Shown piece after piece: positions 19,276-30,400 of a stretch of DNA of 64,000 nt. The notes beneath the pieces are model-generated. The model ran no database searches and had not been told where the DNA came from. It was given only the letters and a program-made list of their open reading frames with translations. The translations under genes and the position numbers were made by a program. Numbering within the stretch: the stretch's first letter is position 1; each line of letters begins with the position of its first letter. The stretch is from positions 864,001-928,000 of the forward strand of contig CAVULX010000003.1 in the NCBI GenBank assembly GCA_963742415.1. The letters are read 5' to 3'. Origin of the DNA: an uncultured Parachlamydiaceae bacterium (GTDB lineage: Bacteria; Chlamydiota; Chlamydiia; Chlamydiales; Parachlamydiaceae).

Positions 19276-20877
19276 TTATTGAACCATTGAGGCTAAAATG
19301 CGGCGTTGGCCGACGTAAGGATTGCGTCCATGGCATGCTTTGCGGTTGTGCAAAAGCAACAGATCCCTTTCTTGCCAGTCGAATTTGACTGTGACCCCAT
19401 CCAGAGCATCGTAAATTTCATAGACAACATCTTTGGGGATCTCGGTCTCATCTTCAAATTCAATTTCATACTGTCTGGTTGAAGGGGCAATATAAAGGAG
19501 GTTAGCCATTAAGTGATTGACCCAGCCATTGCGAATACGGGGGTTTCCATGATAAAGATAGGCTTGGTTGAACCAATATGGGTGGTCAAAATATTCGTCG
19601 GGGCCCTGAGTTGCCGGAACATGCCGGATGACCTCTATCCAATCGCCGGTCCATTCGCATTCATATCCTTTTCGTTCACATATTCTGGCGACTTCATCTT
19701 TATCTGTTGTTTCAAAAGCTTGAGGCCATGTTTTATGCGTCGGATTTACACGAGAGAAAAAATTCCCTTCAGAAGGATGATGAGTAATATAATTGAGGGT
19801 TTTCCCATAAAACATATTCCAGATGTGGGGCTTCTTCATGATCTCTCTAGTGACATCTTCGGTTTTTGCGAGAATTGTTTCCCCTGAACCTGGATCCGGG
19901 GCTATTTCACAATAGAAGCAAATATAGTCTACAGGATTAAGAGTGCAGCTCAGCTCATTATGCAGAGGGATTTTGAATTCGGGAGGCGCTTCTGTAGACG
20001 TATACACCCCTTGGGTTATTCTTTTTCGGGAACCTTCCCCTTTATAATCGATCAGTTCCCGTCCTGTAATTGTTCGAACAATTGCACCGAAATCGTCTGC
20101 ACTATTAATGGGGAAGTCCCGCAATAAAATTCCTCCTGCGGAATCGATGTAAGATTTTAGTTCTTGCTGATGGATTTCGGCCCATATTTTAAAATTCTCA
20201 AGGGTGATATCTTGGCTTTTTGGGGAGAGGACAAAAGGGAACATTTCTCGATTAACAAAATAGCCGTTAACTTCATCATTTACAAAATCAAGGGAACCGA
20301 GGGAAGACAAACTTGATTTTATTTGTGGTTCCTCTTCAACAGAGTCTCCCACACACACGTCCACAATAGAGGTTTCCATTTGGGGTGAATTTGCTTCAGA
20401 AAGTTGTGTCGATTGATCCTCGAACTGAAGTTTGGCAAGTACATCATGGACTTGAGACTTATCGTAAGAAGAAACTTCTGTGGTTTGATAAAGGGCCTGA
20501 AAAGAAAATGGGGATAAATCGAGCGACGTTAACTCACAGATGTTTAATTTTGAACTTCCCTCTTGAGATAAAATTTGAGTGCATTGACCGTCGTTTAGGC
20601 ATAAGATGACACCCTGAATATCTTCTTCCGATGACCCTACAAAAAGGAGGGTTCCCGGCGGCAAGCCATCGGCTCCAATCCACTCGGGTGTTGAACCATC
20701 TAAATAAGTCAGGGTGTATTGACCTTTCATCCTGTTCTTTTCCACGTTTCGATAGAGTTTCCTAATCAGTTTTTGACTATCATAAGAGGCTTGAATCGTA
20801 TAGGAATCCACTTCTTGAATAGTTGTGTCATTTGAACCTGTAAACCCTATTATCGTGGCAAGCAAAACCATCATCAT
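19276..20877 (-). CDS. TauD/TfdA-family 2-oxoglutarate dioxygenase with a signal-like leader and an unknown N-terminal region of about 200 aa
   Basis: GGILLRDFP, VYTSTE.PP..IPLHNELS, W...D.LLL.N....HGR.PY.G.RR; hydrophobic N-terminus MMMVLLATIIGF. Confidence 0.85.
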   Translation of the reverse strand: MMMVLLATIIGFTGSNDTTIQEVDSYTIQASYDSQKLIRKLYRNVEKNRMKGQYTLTYLDGSTPEWIGADGLPPGTLLFVGSSEEDIQGVILCLNDGQCTQILSQEGSSKLNICELTSLDLSPFSFQALYQTTEVSSYDKSQVHDVLAKLQFEDQSTQLSEANSPQMETSIVDVCVGDSVEEEPQIKSSLSSLGSLDFVNDEVNGYFVNREMFPFVLSPKSQDITLENFKIWAEIHQQELKSYIDSAGGILLRDFPINSADDFGAIVRTITGRELIDYKGEGSRKRITQGVYTSTEAPPEFKIPLHNELSCTLNPVDYICFYCEIAPDPGSGETILAKTEDVTREIMKKPHIWNMFYGKTLNYITHHPSEGNFFSRVNPTHKTWPQAFETTDKDEVARICERKGYECEWTGDWIEVIRHVPATQGPDEYFDHPYWFNQAYLYHGNPRIRNGWVNHLMANLLYIAPSTRQYEIEFEDETEIPKDVVYEIYDALDGVTVKFDWQERDLLLLHNRKACHGRNPYVGQRRILASMVQ

Positions 20878-20992
20878 AAAAACCTCCAAAACATACTGTC
20901 AAATTCAAAAAAAAATTAGCGAGAAGAATGTGTTTTATGCGTAAAAGCGATAAAAGTCAAGAAGGCATATGAAATTTTATAATATATCTTTT

Positions 20993-23163
20993 TCAAGGGG
21001 ATTTCTTCAGCCTTAAAGCATTCAGAATGACTGAAACGGAGCTGCAAGCCATGGCGGCGCTGGCAATCATGGGGTTTAAAAGCAGGCCGAAGAATGGATA
21101 TAAAAGGCCTGCAGCTATAGGGATTCCGGCCATATTGTAGATGAAGGCAAAAAACAGATTTTGCCTTATATTCCGCATAATGGCTTTACTTAAGCGGATG
21201 GCTCTTACAATTCCTGTAAGGTCCCCCTTGACTAAAGTGACCCCAGCACTTTCCATAGCCACATCGGTGCCTGTGCCCATGGCGATCCCGACATCGGAAA
21301 CAGCTAATGCGGGCGCATCATTAATTCCATCTCCTGCCATTGCGACAATGAGGTTTTTATTTTTGAGATTCTGAACCAAAACATTTTTGTCTTTCGGATC
21401 AACGTTGGCGTGAACGTCGTCGATGTTCAATTTTTCAGCAACAGCTTGTGCAGCCTGCACATTATCTCCTGTCAACATGATGACCTTAAGGCCGAGCTGA
21501 TGCAGATCGGCAATGGCATTGGGGGTGGAAGCCTTGATGGGATCAGCGACCGCGATGCAGCCGATAGCTTTCCCATTGGCGGCTACAAAAATGGCTGTTT
21601 GAGCTAGTTCTTGAGGAATTCTTGCTTGAGCTTGCAAATCGGCCATTCCATCGACCATGTTCGCTTCTCCATGAAATCGACCTTGCCGATCAAGATCTTT
21701 CGATTTTCTACGATCCCTGTCACTCCTCCACCTGTGATCGAATTAAATTGCTCGACTTGAGGAATACTTAAATTTCTTTTTTGAGCTTCTTTTAAGATAG
21801 CTGCAGCGAGGGGGTGCTCGCTATTTTTTTCAACTGAGGCAGTCAATCTTAAAACTTCATTTTCTTGCCAATGGGGCGCTGTGATAATCTGGGTGACTTT
21901 GGGCATCCCTTCAGTAAGGGTTCCCGTCTTATCCATAACAATGACATTGACCTTTTCAAGTTTTTCAAGAGCTTCCCCATTTTTAATTAAAATCCCCATT
22001 TCTGCCCCTCTGCCTACTCCGACCATTACAGACATTGGCGTTGCCAAGCCTAAGGCGCAGGGGCAAGCGATGATCAGCACGGCAACAGCGTTGACTAAGG
22101 CATAAACAAACCGGGGTTCAGGCCCGAAAACTCCCCAAACAATAAATGTAATCAGCGCAACTAAGATGACGGCAGGAACAAAATAACTTGAAATCTGATC
22201 GGCGAGTCTTTGAATGGGTGCTTTACTTCTTTGGGCTTCGGATACCATCTGCACAATCCTTGATAACAAGGTTTCACTGCCGACCCGTTTAGCTTCCATT
22301 AAAAAACTTCCGGTTTGATTGATTGTGCTTCCGGTGACTAGATCGGGAGCTTTTTTTTCAACAGGAAGAGGTTCCCCAGTAATCATCGATTCATCCACAA
22401 AGCTCGAACCCTCGAGGACGACTCCGTCAACCGGAATTTTTTCTCCAGGCTTTACTCTCAAAAGATCTCCCACTTTCACATGATCAATGGAAACCTCTTG
22501 CTCATGTTGTTCGTGACCCAGACCTATGGCAACGAGATGAGCTGTTTTAGGGCCCCGCCCAAGCAGGGTTTTAATTGCTTGACTAGTCTTGCTTTTGGCC
22601 TTAAGTTCCAAAACCTGTCCTAAAATGACAAGCACTGTAATTACAGAAGCTGCTTCAAAGTAGATGAAAAGCTCTCCTTTTTCTTTGAAAGAATCTGGAA
22701 ACAGGTTAGGAAATACAACAGCGATGGCACTGTACAGATAAGCCGTTCCCACACCTAAGGCTATCAAAGAAAACATGTTTAAAGAGCGGTTCAACAATGA
22801 ATGCCAAGCTTTTTCAAAAAAGGGCCATCCAGCCCAAAACACTATAGGGGTGCATAAAATGAATTGCAGCCAGCGTGAAAGGGGGGCGGAGATCTGTGAT
22901 AAATAGGGGACATCGCGGCTGGCTGCTAATATCAAGACAGGGATCGCCAGAGCGGTTCCGATCCAAAATCTGCGCAGCATGTTCCGAAATTCTGAATCGT
23001 CTTCTTTTGCGGTCATGACGATAGGCTCCAAAGTCATTCCGCAAATGGGGCAATCTCCAGGATGGTCTTGCTGCACTTCGGGATGCATCGGGCAAGTGTA
23101 AAGGGCAGCCGTTGAAACATTCACTTTTTGGGGGTCTTTTTGACAACAATTCGGATGATCCAT
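20993..23163 (-). pseudogene. copA: Cu(I)-translocating P1B-type ATPase, single frameshift near 21665 (true lesion or sequencing error)
   Basis: YTCPMHP heavy-metal domain, TGE, CPCALG, DKTGTLT, SEHP in ORF 21604-23163; [19 protein letters not shown] in ORF 20993-21658. Confidence 0.9.
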
Positions 23164-23164
23164 G

Positions 23165-23671
23165 TTATCTCATCTGGTTTGGTTGATTTTTCATGTTTGA
23201 ATAATCATCATTCATGGTGGACTTTTGTCCACAATGATAATTCAAAGCATTTTCATTGATTTCAGAAAATCTTTTTTCGCATTCAGCTTTTGATATTTTG
23301 CATTCAGCTCCGGATATTTTAAATTTCATCATTGCTGCAATTTTTTCCCAATTCACTTTATTTTCTGCAGACATTTCTTTCACCAATCTAATTAAAGCTA
23401 AATCCTGCTCCTTGTTCCAAGAATTATCCCTAATTTGTCTATATTTTTGCTGACATGCACCTTCCGTACGCTGCAACGTTTTAGCAATGTCTGGCCAATC
23501 GATTTTTCTGTCTAAGCGGCGATAAATGTCGATCTGGTCAATAAGAACCTGTTCTTCTTCATCTTTCCAAAATTGTCTCGACTTTGTCAAATTCTCACCG
23601 GGTTGCTGAGAACGAGAAGCGTTCCTCTGTGGATTGATATCAAAGGCAAAATGGTAATTATCTGTTTGCAT
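23165..23671 (-). CDS. Eukaryote-like tandem Myb/SANT-domain protein
   Basis: W.DEEEQVL...W.DIA..L.RT..AC..KY and W..EQD..L..LV....NW.KIA......EC..RF; the stop lies 1 nt before the copA ATG. Confidence 0.8.
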   Translation of the reverse strand: MQTDNYHFAFDINPQRNASRSQQPGENLTKSRQFWKDEEEQVLIDQIDIYRRLDRKIDWPDIAKTLQRTEGACQQKYRQIRDNSWNKEQDLALIRLVKEMSAENKVNWEKIAAMMKFKISGAECKISKAECEKRFSEINENALNYHCGQKSTMNDDYSNMKNQPNQMR

Positions 23672-23736
23672 GAATGATCCTTGTCCTGTTTGAATATTCG
23701 ATTAAAAATTTGGAAAGATGCACTTTATATTTTTAA

Positions 23737-23874
23737 TCAGATATTTGCAACTTTAATGGGGCAATCTCCAGGATGGTTTTGCTGCACTTCGGGATGCATC
23801 AGGCGAGTGTAAAGGGCAGCCGTCGGAACATCCACTTTTTGGGGGTGTTTTGGACAACAATTTGGATGATTCAT
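23737..23874 (-). pseudogene. Duplicated, degenerate copA 5' fragment
   Basis: MNHPNCC.K.PQKV....ALYTRLMHPEVQQ.HPGDCPI, in which YTCPMHP has mutated. Confidence 0.85.
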
Positions 23875-23875
23875 G

Positions 23876-24361
23876 TTATCCCATCTTGTCCGGTTGATTT
23901 TCCATTTTCGAATCATCAATTTTCCTGGTAGACTTTTGTCCACAATGATAATTCAAAGCATTTTTATTAATTTCAAAAAATCTTTCTTGGCATTCAGCTG
24001 CTGATGTTATTCTATATTCCTTCATCCTTGCCGCAATTTTTTCCCAATTCAATTGATTATTTGCAGACATTTTCCTCACCATTCCAATTAAAGCTAAATC
24101 TTGCTTCTTGCTCCAAAGATCATTCGTAATTTGTCTATGCTTTTGCTTACAAGCATCCGTATGTTTCAACGCTTCAGCAATGATTACCCAATCGATTTTT
24201 GAACTGGAGCATTGATAAAGTTTATCATTCCCAGGTTGTCTTGACATTGTCAAATTTTTACTGGCTTGCTGATCTGGAAAAGTGCTCATCTGTGAATTCT
24301 CACCAGGAACGGCATGGAATTGAATATCATGGCCTCTTCTGGAGGTATCGCCTACTTGCAT
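23876..24361 (-). CDS. Second Myb/SANT paralog, first repeat partly deleted
   Basis: KIDW.IIA.AL...DACKQKHR, WSKKQDLALI...NWEKIAA..AECQERF and the shared [12 protein letters not shown] tail. Confidence 0.72.
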   Translation of the reverse strand: MQVGDTSRRGHDIQFHAVPGENSQMSTFPDQQASKNLTMSRQPGNDKLYQCSSSKIDWVIIAEALKHTDACKQKHRQITNDLWSKKQDLALIGMVRKMSANNQLNWEKIAARMKEYRITSAAECQERFFEINKNALNYHCGQKSTRKIDDSKMENQPDKMG

Positions 24362-24488
24362 GAATATACCTTCTTCTGTTTGAATATTTGATCATAAATT
24401 TAGAAAAGCGTACTGTATATTTTTAATCAGATATTTGCAACTTTCACTAACCAAAAATATCAAACTCGAGATGCCGTTCGGTATAGTT

Positions 24489-27400
24489 TTATGTTTTTAT
24501 TTCATTTTGTAAAACGATTGAAACGAGATGACTTTTTTGATCATCGATTAAAGGGATTTCTGATGTCGAATACAGAGTCCCATCAATCGTAACGCATGCG
24601 CTTCCTTTATTCAAGTGTTGGGGATTGGATACAATGATGTCGTAAAATGTGGATTGATATTTATACCGTATTTTAAAGCTGTCCCATTCCTTTGGAATTG
24701 TGCAGTCGATCTTCAAGATATTGCCTTTCAATTTGAAGCCCAGAATTTCTTCCAGCCAAATTCTATACATCCACCCTGTCGATCCGGTATACCAACTCCA
24801 ACCTCCTCTTCCTAGCTGGCTCGAAAGTGAATAAACATCCCCTGCTGTTACATAAGGTTCAATTTTATACTGCGTTAATTCTTCCATCGTATGGGTATGA
24901 GAGCTTGGGTGCATCATCTTCAATAAGGAGACCGCTTTGTTGCCATCCCCTTTTCTTGCAAAAGCCATGGCTAACCAGATGGAGCCGTGGGTATATTGCC
25001 CCCCATTTTCTCTCACGCCGGGGGGATATCCTTTGATATAGCCCGGATCCATCGGAGCCACGTTAAATGGGGGCGTCAGCAATAAAACAAGTCCCTCTTT
25101 GGGAAGGACAAGATGCTTATCTGCTGAGCTTAGTGCGGTAGAGCTTCGAATGGGATCTCCCAAACCGGAAATCACAGACCAAGATTGAGCTATACAATCG
25201 ATCATACACTCTGTATTGCTTTTAGATCCTAAGGGGGTTCCATCATCAAAATACGCTCGCCGATACCACTCCCCATCCCAACCCCCTTTTTCAACAGCTT
25301 CCGCGAGTCGCTTTGCCTGAGTCCTAAATCCTTGGCTTGACTCCTGTTGTCCGGCATAGGCAAGCAAATCGGCAAAGTCGTTCATCACATGAATGAGAAA
25401 CCAAGCTAGCCAAACGCTTTCCCCTTTTCCTTTGATCCCAACGCGGTTCATTCCATCGTTCCAATCTCCCCCTCCAATTAAGGGAAGGTCGTGAGGGCCA
25501 GTAGCAAGGCTTTTGTAGATAGAGCGTCGGCAGTGTTCCAATAGAGAACCCACTTCACTGGAAATTGTGGGAACCAGATAAACCTCATGTTGATCTTCTG
25601 TCAATGTTGGAGCTTGTAAAAACGGAACTGTTTCCTCCAAGATAGAGGTGTCGCCGGTGACCCGCACATAGTGGGCTGTAGCAAAGGGGAGCCATAAGAG
25701 GTCATCGGAAATCCGTGTGCGCACGCCGCCGCCTGAAGGGGGATGCCACCAATGCTGCACATCCCCTTCGATAAACTGACGTGATGCAGCTTTGAGTATA
25801 TGCTCCCGGGCAATTTGAGGAGCGGTATAGATCAATGCCAGGACATCTTGAAGTTGATCTCGAAACCCATAAGCTCCGCTGGATTGATAAAAAGCGGATC
25901 GTCCCCATATTCGGCAGCTGAGGTTTTGGTAGAGCAGCCAACGATTCATCGCAAAGTTCATAACCAAGTCGGGCACTTCTACCTGGACCGCTCCTAGGAT
26001 TTTGTCCCACCAAGCTTGTGTTTCGGAGAAAAGTTGATCAATTTTTCCTTCGATCCGGGATTGCAAAACTAATTTTCTAGCCTCCAAAATATCGGGGGAA
26101 TAGCCCATGATAAATACGACTTCAGCAGATTCTCCAGGCTCAATTTCAACGTTTACTTGGATGGCCGAACAAGGATCTGAGGCAGCTCCGGTATGCCCTG
26201 ATAAAGACTTTCGTCTTAATGCCGCAGGATCATTTGTGGAGCCATTTCTTCCCAAAAATTCTTTTCGATCTCCGGAAAACGAGCTTGCCAATGGAGTAGA
26301 GGCTGTAAAAGCCACGCAGTTGCTATAGTCGGGATGATAGTGATTATAAGCAAAAAGGGCTTGGCATTCGGGGTCCCATTCGGTGATTATATGCATTTGC
26401 GTTTCTTCTCGGTTTGTTCCTAGAACCCACTCAGAATAAGCTGTGACAGTAAGCTTGCGGCGGTGGGAAGAGCTATTTAGCAACCGCAGACGTTGAATCC
26501 GAAGGGGAAGCCCCCCATTGTCATCCACAGGGACAAATATGAGGAGATCCTGCTCAATCCCATGGCTGTTGTGTTCAAAACGGGTGTATCCTTGGCCGTG
26601 ATGGATCCGATAAGCATCTAATTCACGAATAGGCGATGGGGTAGGCGTCCAGAATGTCCCTAGCTCTTCGTCTCGAATGTAGATAGTGTCTGCAATAGGA
26701 TTTATCAAGGGATCATTGGACCAAGGGGTTAGCCGATTGGTTTGGCTATTGCCGTACCAGGTGGAACCTAAGCCTGTTTCTGAGATTATTGTTCCGAATT
26801 GAGAGTTAGCAAGGACATTAATCCAGGGTGCAGGAGTATTGGTGTTTGGACCCAAGTAAATGACGTAAGATTTGCCATCGGGAGAGTACCCCCCTAATCC
26901 ATTGAAGTAAGGAAGTTCTAAAAAAGGCAATGGCTTCGAAGGCTCTTCTTTCGCTTTTCTATTGACAATAAGCCTTTTTGGGTAATTTATCGAAGGCATC
27001 GGGGAAACGAGCTGCTGTCTCAAGGAACCCCGCGCTGCTACAAGCACGGCCCTTGCCGCTGAAAGTATCAAGGTTAGATCTGCAGGTGAAATCTCTTCCG
27101 TATTCCTGAGATAAACTCCCCCCGGGATTTCAATTTGCCCCCGATGGGCATAGGCTTGAATCATTCGTTGTAATTGTTCTCTAAGCGGGTGCTCGTAGCC
27201 GGGGGCTTCTTCATTCAGAATGATTAAATCTACACTTAAGCCTCTAAGGCTCCAAAAGGCATGAGCGACCAGCACTTGCTTGACAAGATCGACATCATAG
27301 ATGTCGCCGACAGAAACGGCGACAATAGGCAAATCGCCCGAAATGCCTTGCGCCCATAAGCTTGATTGACCCAAACGATTGCTTCGTAGACGGTCAGCAG

Positions 27401-30400
27401 AGGGCCTAAGTTGTTCATGAGGATATAAAATTCGGCTTGCTAATTTTTGAAAAAGTTGAGTTTCTTCTTCATGAATGCGCAGATGGCGCATCTCAAGTTG
27501 TGCATATGTCCAGGCTAATTCTATTGCACGTTGACTGGCAGAAAAATCTTTATATTTTTCCATTAGAACCATCACATTGCTGCGTTGATCGGCAAGGGCG
27601 GTAACAAAAGAAAATTGGATCCGTTCCCCGGGATTTAAGGTAAATCGCTGCCGAAGGCTAAAAATGGGATCTAAGACAGTTCCTGTAGTATTTGATAAGT
27701 CCCCATTCAGAGCGATCGGATTTTGAAGAGTTCTTCCTCGTCCGATGAAGCGAGTTCTATCGGTCTCGTGCTGCACTTTTTCATCTGGGGTTATGCTTGA
27801 AGCTAGGACATGCCCCGCCCAGACAGGGGCGTCGTCAGCTGAGCGGAGACGTCGAAAAGCCAAGAGACCTGAGAGTTGTGTCAAAGCTTCAGTCTCGATA
27901 AAAAATTTATTAAAACAAGGGTGAGCGCGATCCGTGTTGTGAGGGGCTAAGGCCAGTTCCATGTAGCTTGTGAGTTCCAACGAACGGACTTTATCTGATT
28001 GATTACTTATAGTAATAAGACGGATTTCTGCATTGTCTTCGGGCGAAACTACAATTTCTGTCACCGTTTCAATCTGATTGTCTTTTCGGCGGAATTCCGA
28101 TTTATCGGCTTTAAAACTGACTGAATACTGCGGTCCCTTTTTTAATGTGGGATGGTAGGCGTTAGACCAAATCTCTTGCGACTGTAAATCTTTGATGTAG
28201 AAAAAAGCTCCATCAGCATCCCGGGTGGTATCGGCCCTCCAACGGGTCACATCCATGTCTCGCCAGCGGCTGTAACCCCCTCCTGCATTAGTGACCATCA
28301 AGGAATAGGTTCCATTGGAGAGCAGATTGAGTTTTGGTATTTCACTTTGGGGCGTTTCGGCAATTCCCATAATCGGATTTTGTGAAAAAGGCTTTAGCCT
28401 GGTCATGGTGATTTCCCGATGGAACCGGCTGACTTTAATTGGAAGAGATGAAGGAATACGTTCATAGAGGAGGGAGTCAACTCCGCATATATAAGGATCG
28501 CTGTGGAAACGGTTGGGCAGGATATCGTGGTTGAGGATGTTATTGATGGAAGCGAGGATCATCCCTTGATGATGGGCCATGAAAGTGTAAACGGTGACAC
28601 CCCGTTCTCCACGAGGGTTTCTTTGTCGTGTGAAATCGATCGATTCGTAATATCCATAAGGGCCTAGCATATTGAAATGGGGTTTTTCGGCTAATTTCTT
28701 CAAATTTTGGATTGCCTTCACTGGGTCTACGGCCAAGGCCAGGGCTGAAGAATAGGGGCTTACGACGAGATCCTCTTCTAGGCCACGCTTAAGGCCAGCT
28801 CCAGGGATCCCAAAGCTGCGGTATTGATATGTTTTATGTGCATCGATGGCGCTAAAAGCTGCTTCAGAAATCCCCCAAGGGATGCCCCGTTTTTGACCAT
28901 ATTTCATTTGGCAAATCACGATCGAATTGCAAGCCTCTCCTAGCAAAGAATCTTTGTGGCATTTGTTGAACAATAAGGGCATTAAATATTCAAACATCGT
29001 TCCGCCCCAAGACAACAGAATTCTTTTCCCATCCAACTTTATGTAGGATCGGCCGAGGGCCCACCAGTGGTCTATTGAAAGGTCCTCTTTCGCAATGGCG
29101 AGGAGGCTGGCAATCCGGGCTTCGCTGGCGAGAAGATCGTAATGGGACGAATCTAGTTTTCGTTCATCTACATTGTAGCCGATGACAAACAGTTTTCTTT
29201 CGGGATTATACAAAAATTTCATGTTCATTTCATCGGAGAGCTTTTGCAGGTCCCCCATCATTTGGTGAGCTTGGCCTAATTTTTCACCTGCGAACCATTG
29301 AGCTGTTGAAATGGCTTCTTTGAGTTTTAGACCCCATTCTTTAACTTCTGCAGGCATATCGGCCCGTTGGGAATTTTCAATGAGTTTGGCCATTGGAGAA
29401 AACAACTCTTCGTTTGTTAACATTTGGAGAGAGGGGTGCAAACTTAAGGCTTCATTTATCCATATGGCGGCGTTCTCGCCCAACAGATGAACGTTTTCTG
29501 GAGAAACTTCGGAAAGGATGAAAACCCAACTGAAATAACGGGAAATAAGGGTATTCCACTCATTTAATTGCTTTTCAGTGTGCATGAGCCAATAGGGGCT
29601 TTGCAATCCACCCTGCGTTTCTTCATCTACGATTTCTTCGATAAGCTGCAACGCTTCCATATAAGTGAAAACTAAAGTGATGAGATCTCTTGGATGCCGT
29701 TCAATGACTTCATGTAATTTCGCAATTTTAGGATTGCTGATATTTTCGTTAAGAAGCAATTCATAGGTGTCTTTAACCCCTTCTAGGCTGTTCATCGGCA
29801 AAAGAGGGGAAGAAATTATTTCTTCAATTCCCTGCTGAAGAGTTAGCATAGAGGCCAATAGATTGCCGCTATCCACTGTGGATATATATTGGGGATACAA
29901 CGGGTCTAATGTTTCGGTGTTGTACCAGTTGAGAAAATGCCCTTCAAACTTTTTAAGTCTTTTTAACTCTTCTATTGTGGCTAAAATTTTATCGATCATC
30001 GCATCGCAGGTGATATATTTTAGATCATACGCAGACAATACAGCCAGCAGCCACAAGCCGATATTTGTTGGGGAGGTTCTTTGGGCGATTTCGATTTTTA
30101 AGGCTGTTTGGTAGTTATCAGGAGGAAACCAGTGGGTTTGAGGACCAACAAAATCATCAAAGTAACGCCATGTTTTACGTGCAATGAGTCTTAAAAATTT
30201 TCTATCTTGATCGGTAAGGTCTCGATCTCTTCGTGTATCCCTTGGCTTGTCGATAAAATTGACGATGAAAGGTGCTGCAATCCAAAGAGAGCAAAAAGGG
30301 ATGGCATAAATGAGTTCCGGAGGGTCGATATAATAAACCGCAGCAAAAGTAAAGATAGCAAAGAATGAACTCAACCCCATCCGGTAAATGAATCTTTGAT

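Larger units (their letters stand above)
23044..24444. repeat. Tandem duplication of a unit of about 700 bp (upstream region, myb, copA 5' end)
   Basis: Units 23044-23754 and 23755-24444 both begin AATGGGGCAATCTCCAGGATGG and end TATATTTTTAATCAGATATTTGCAACTTT. Confidence 0.85.
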
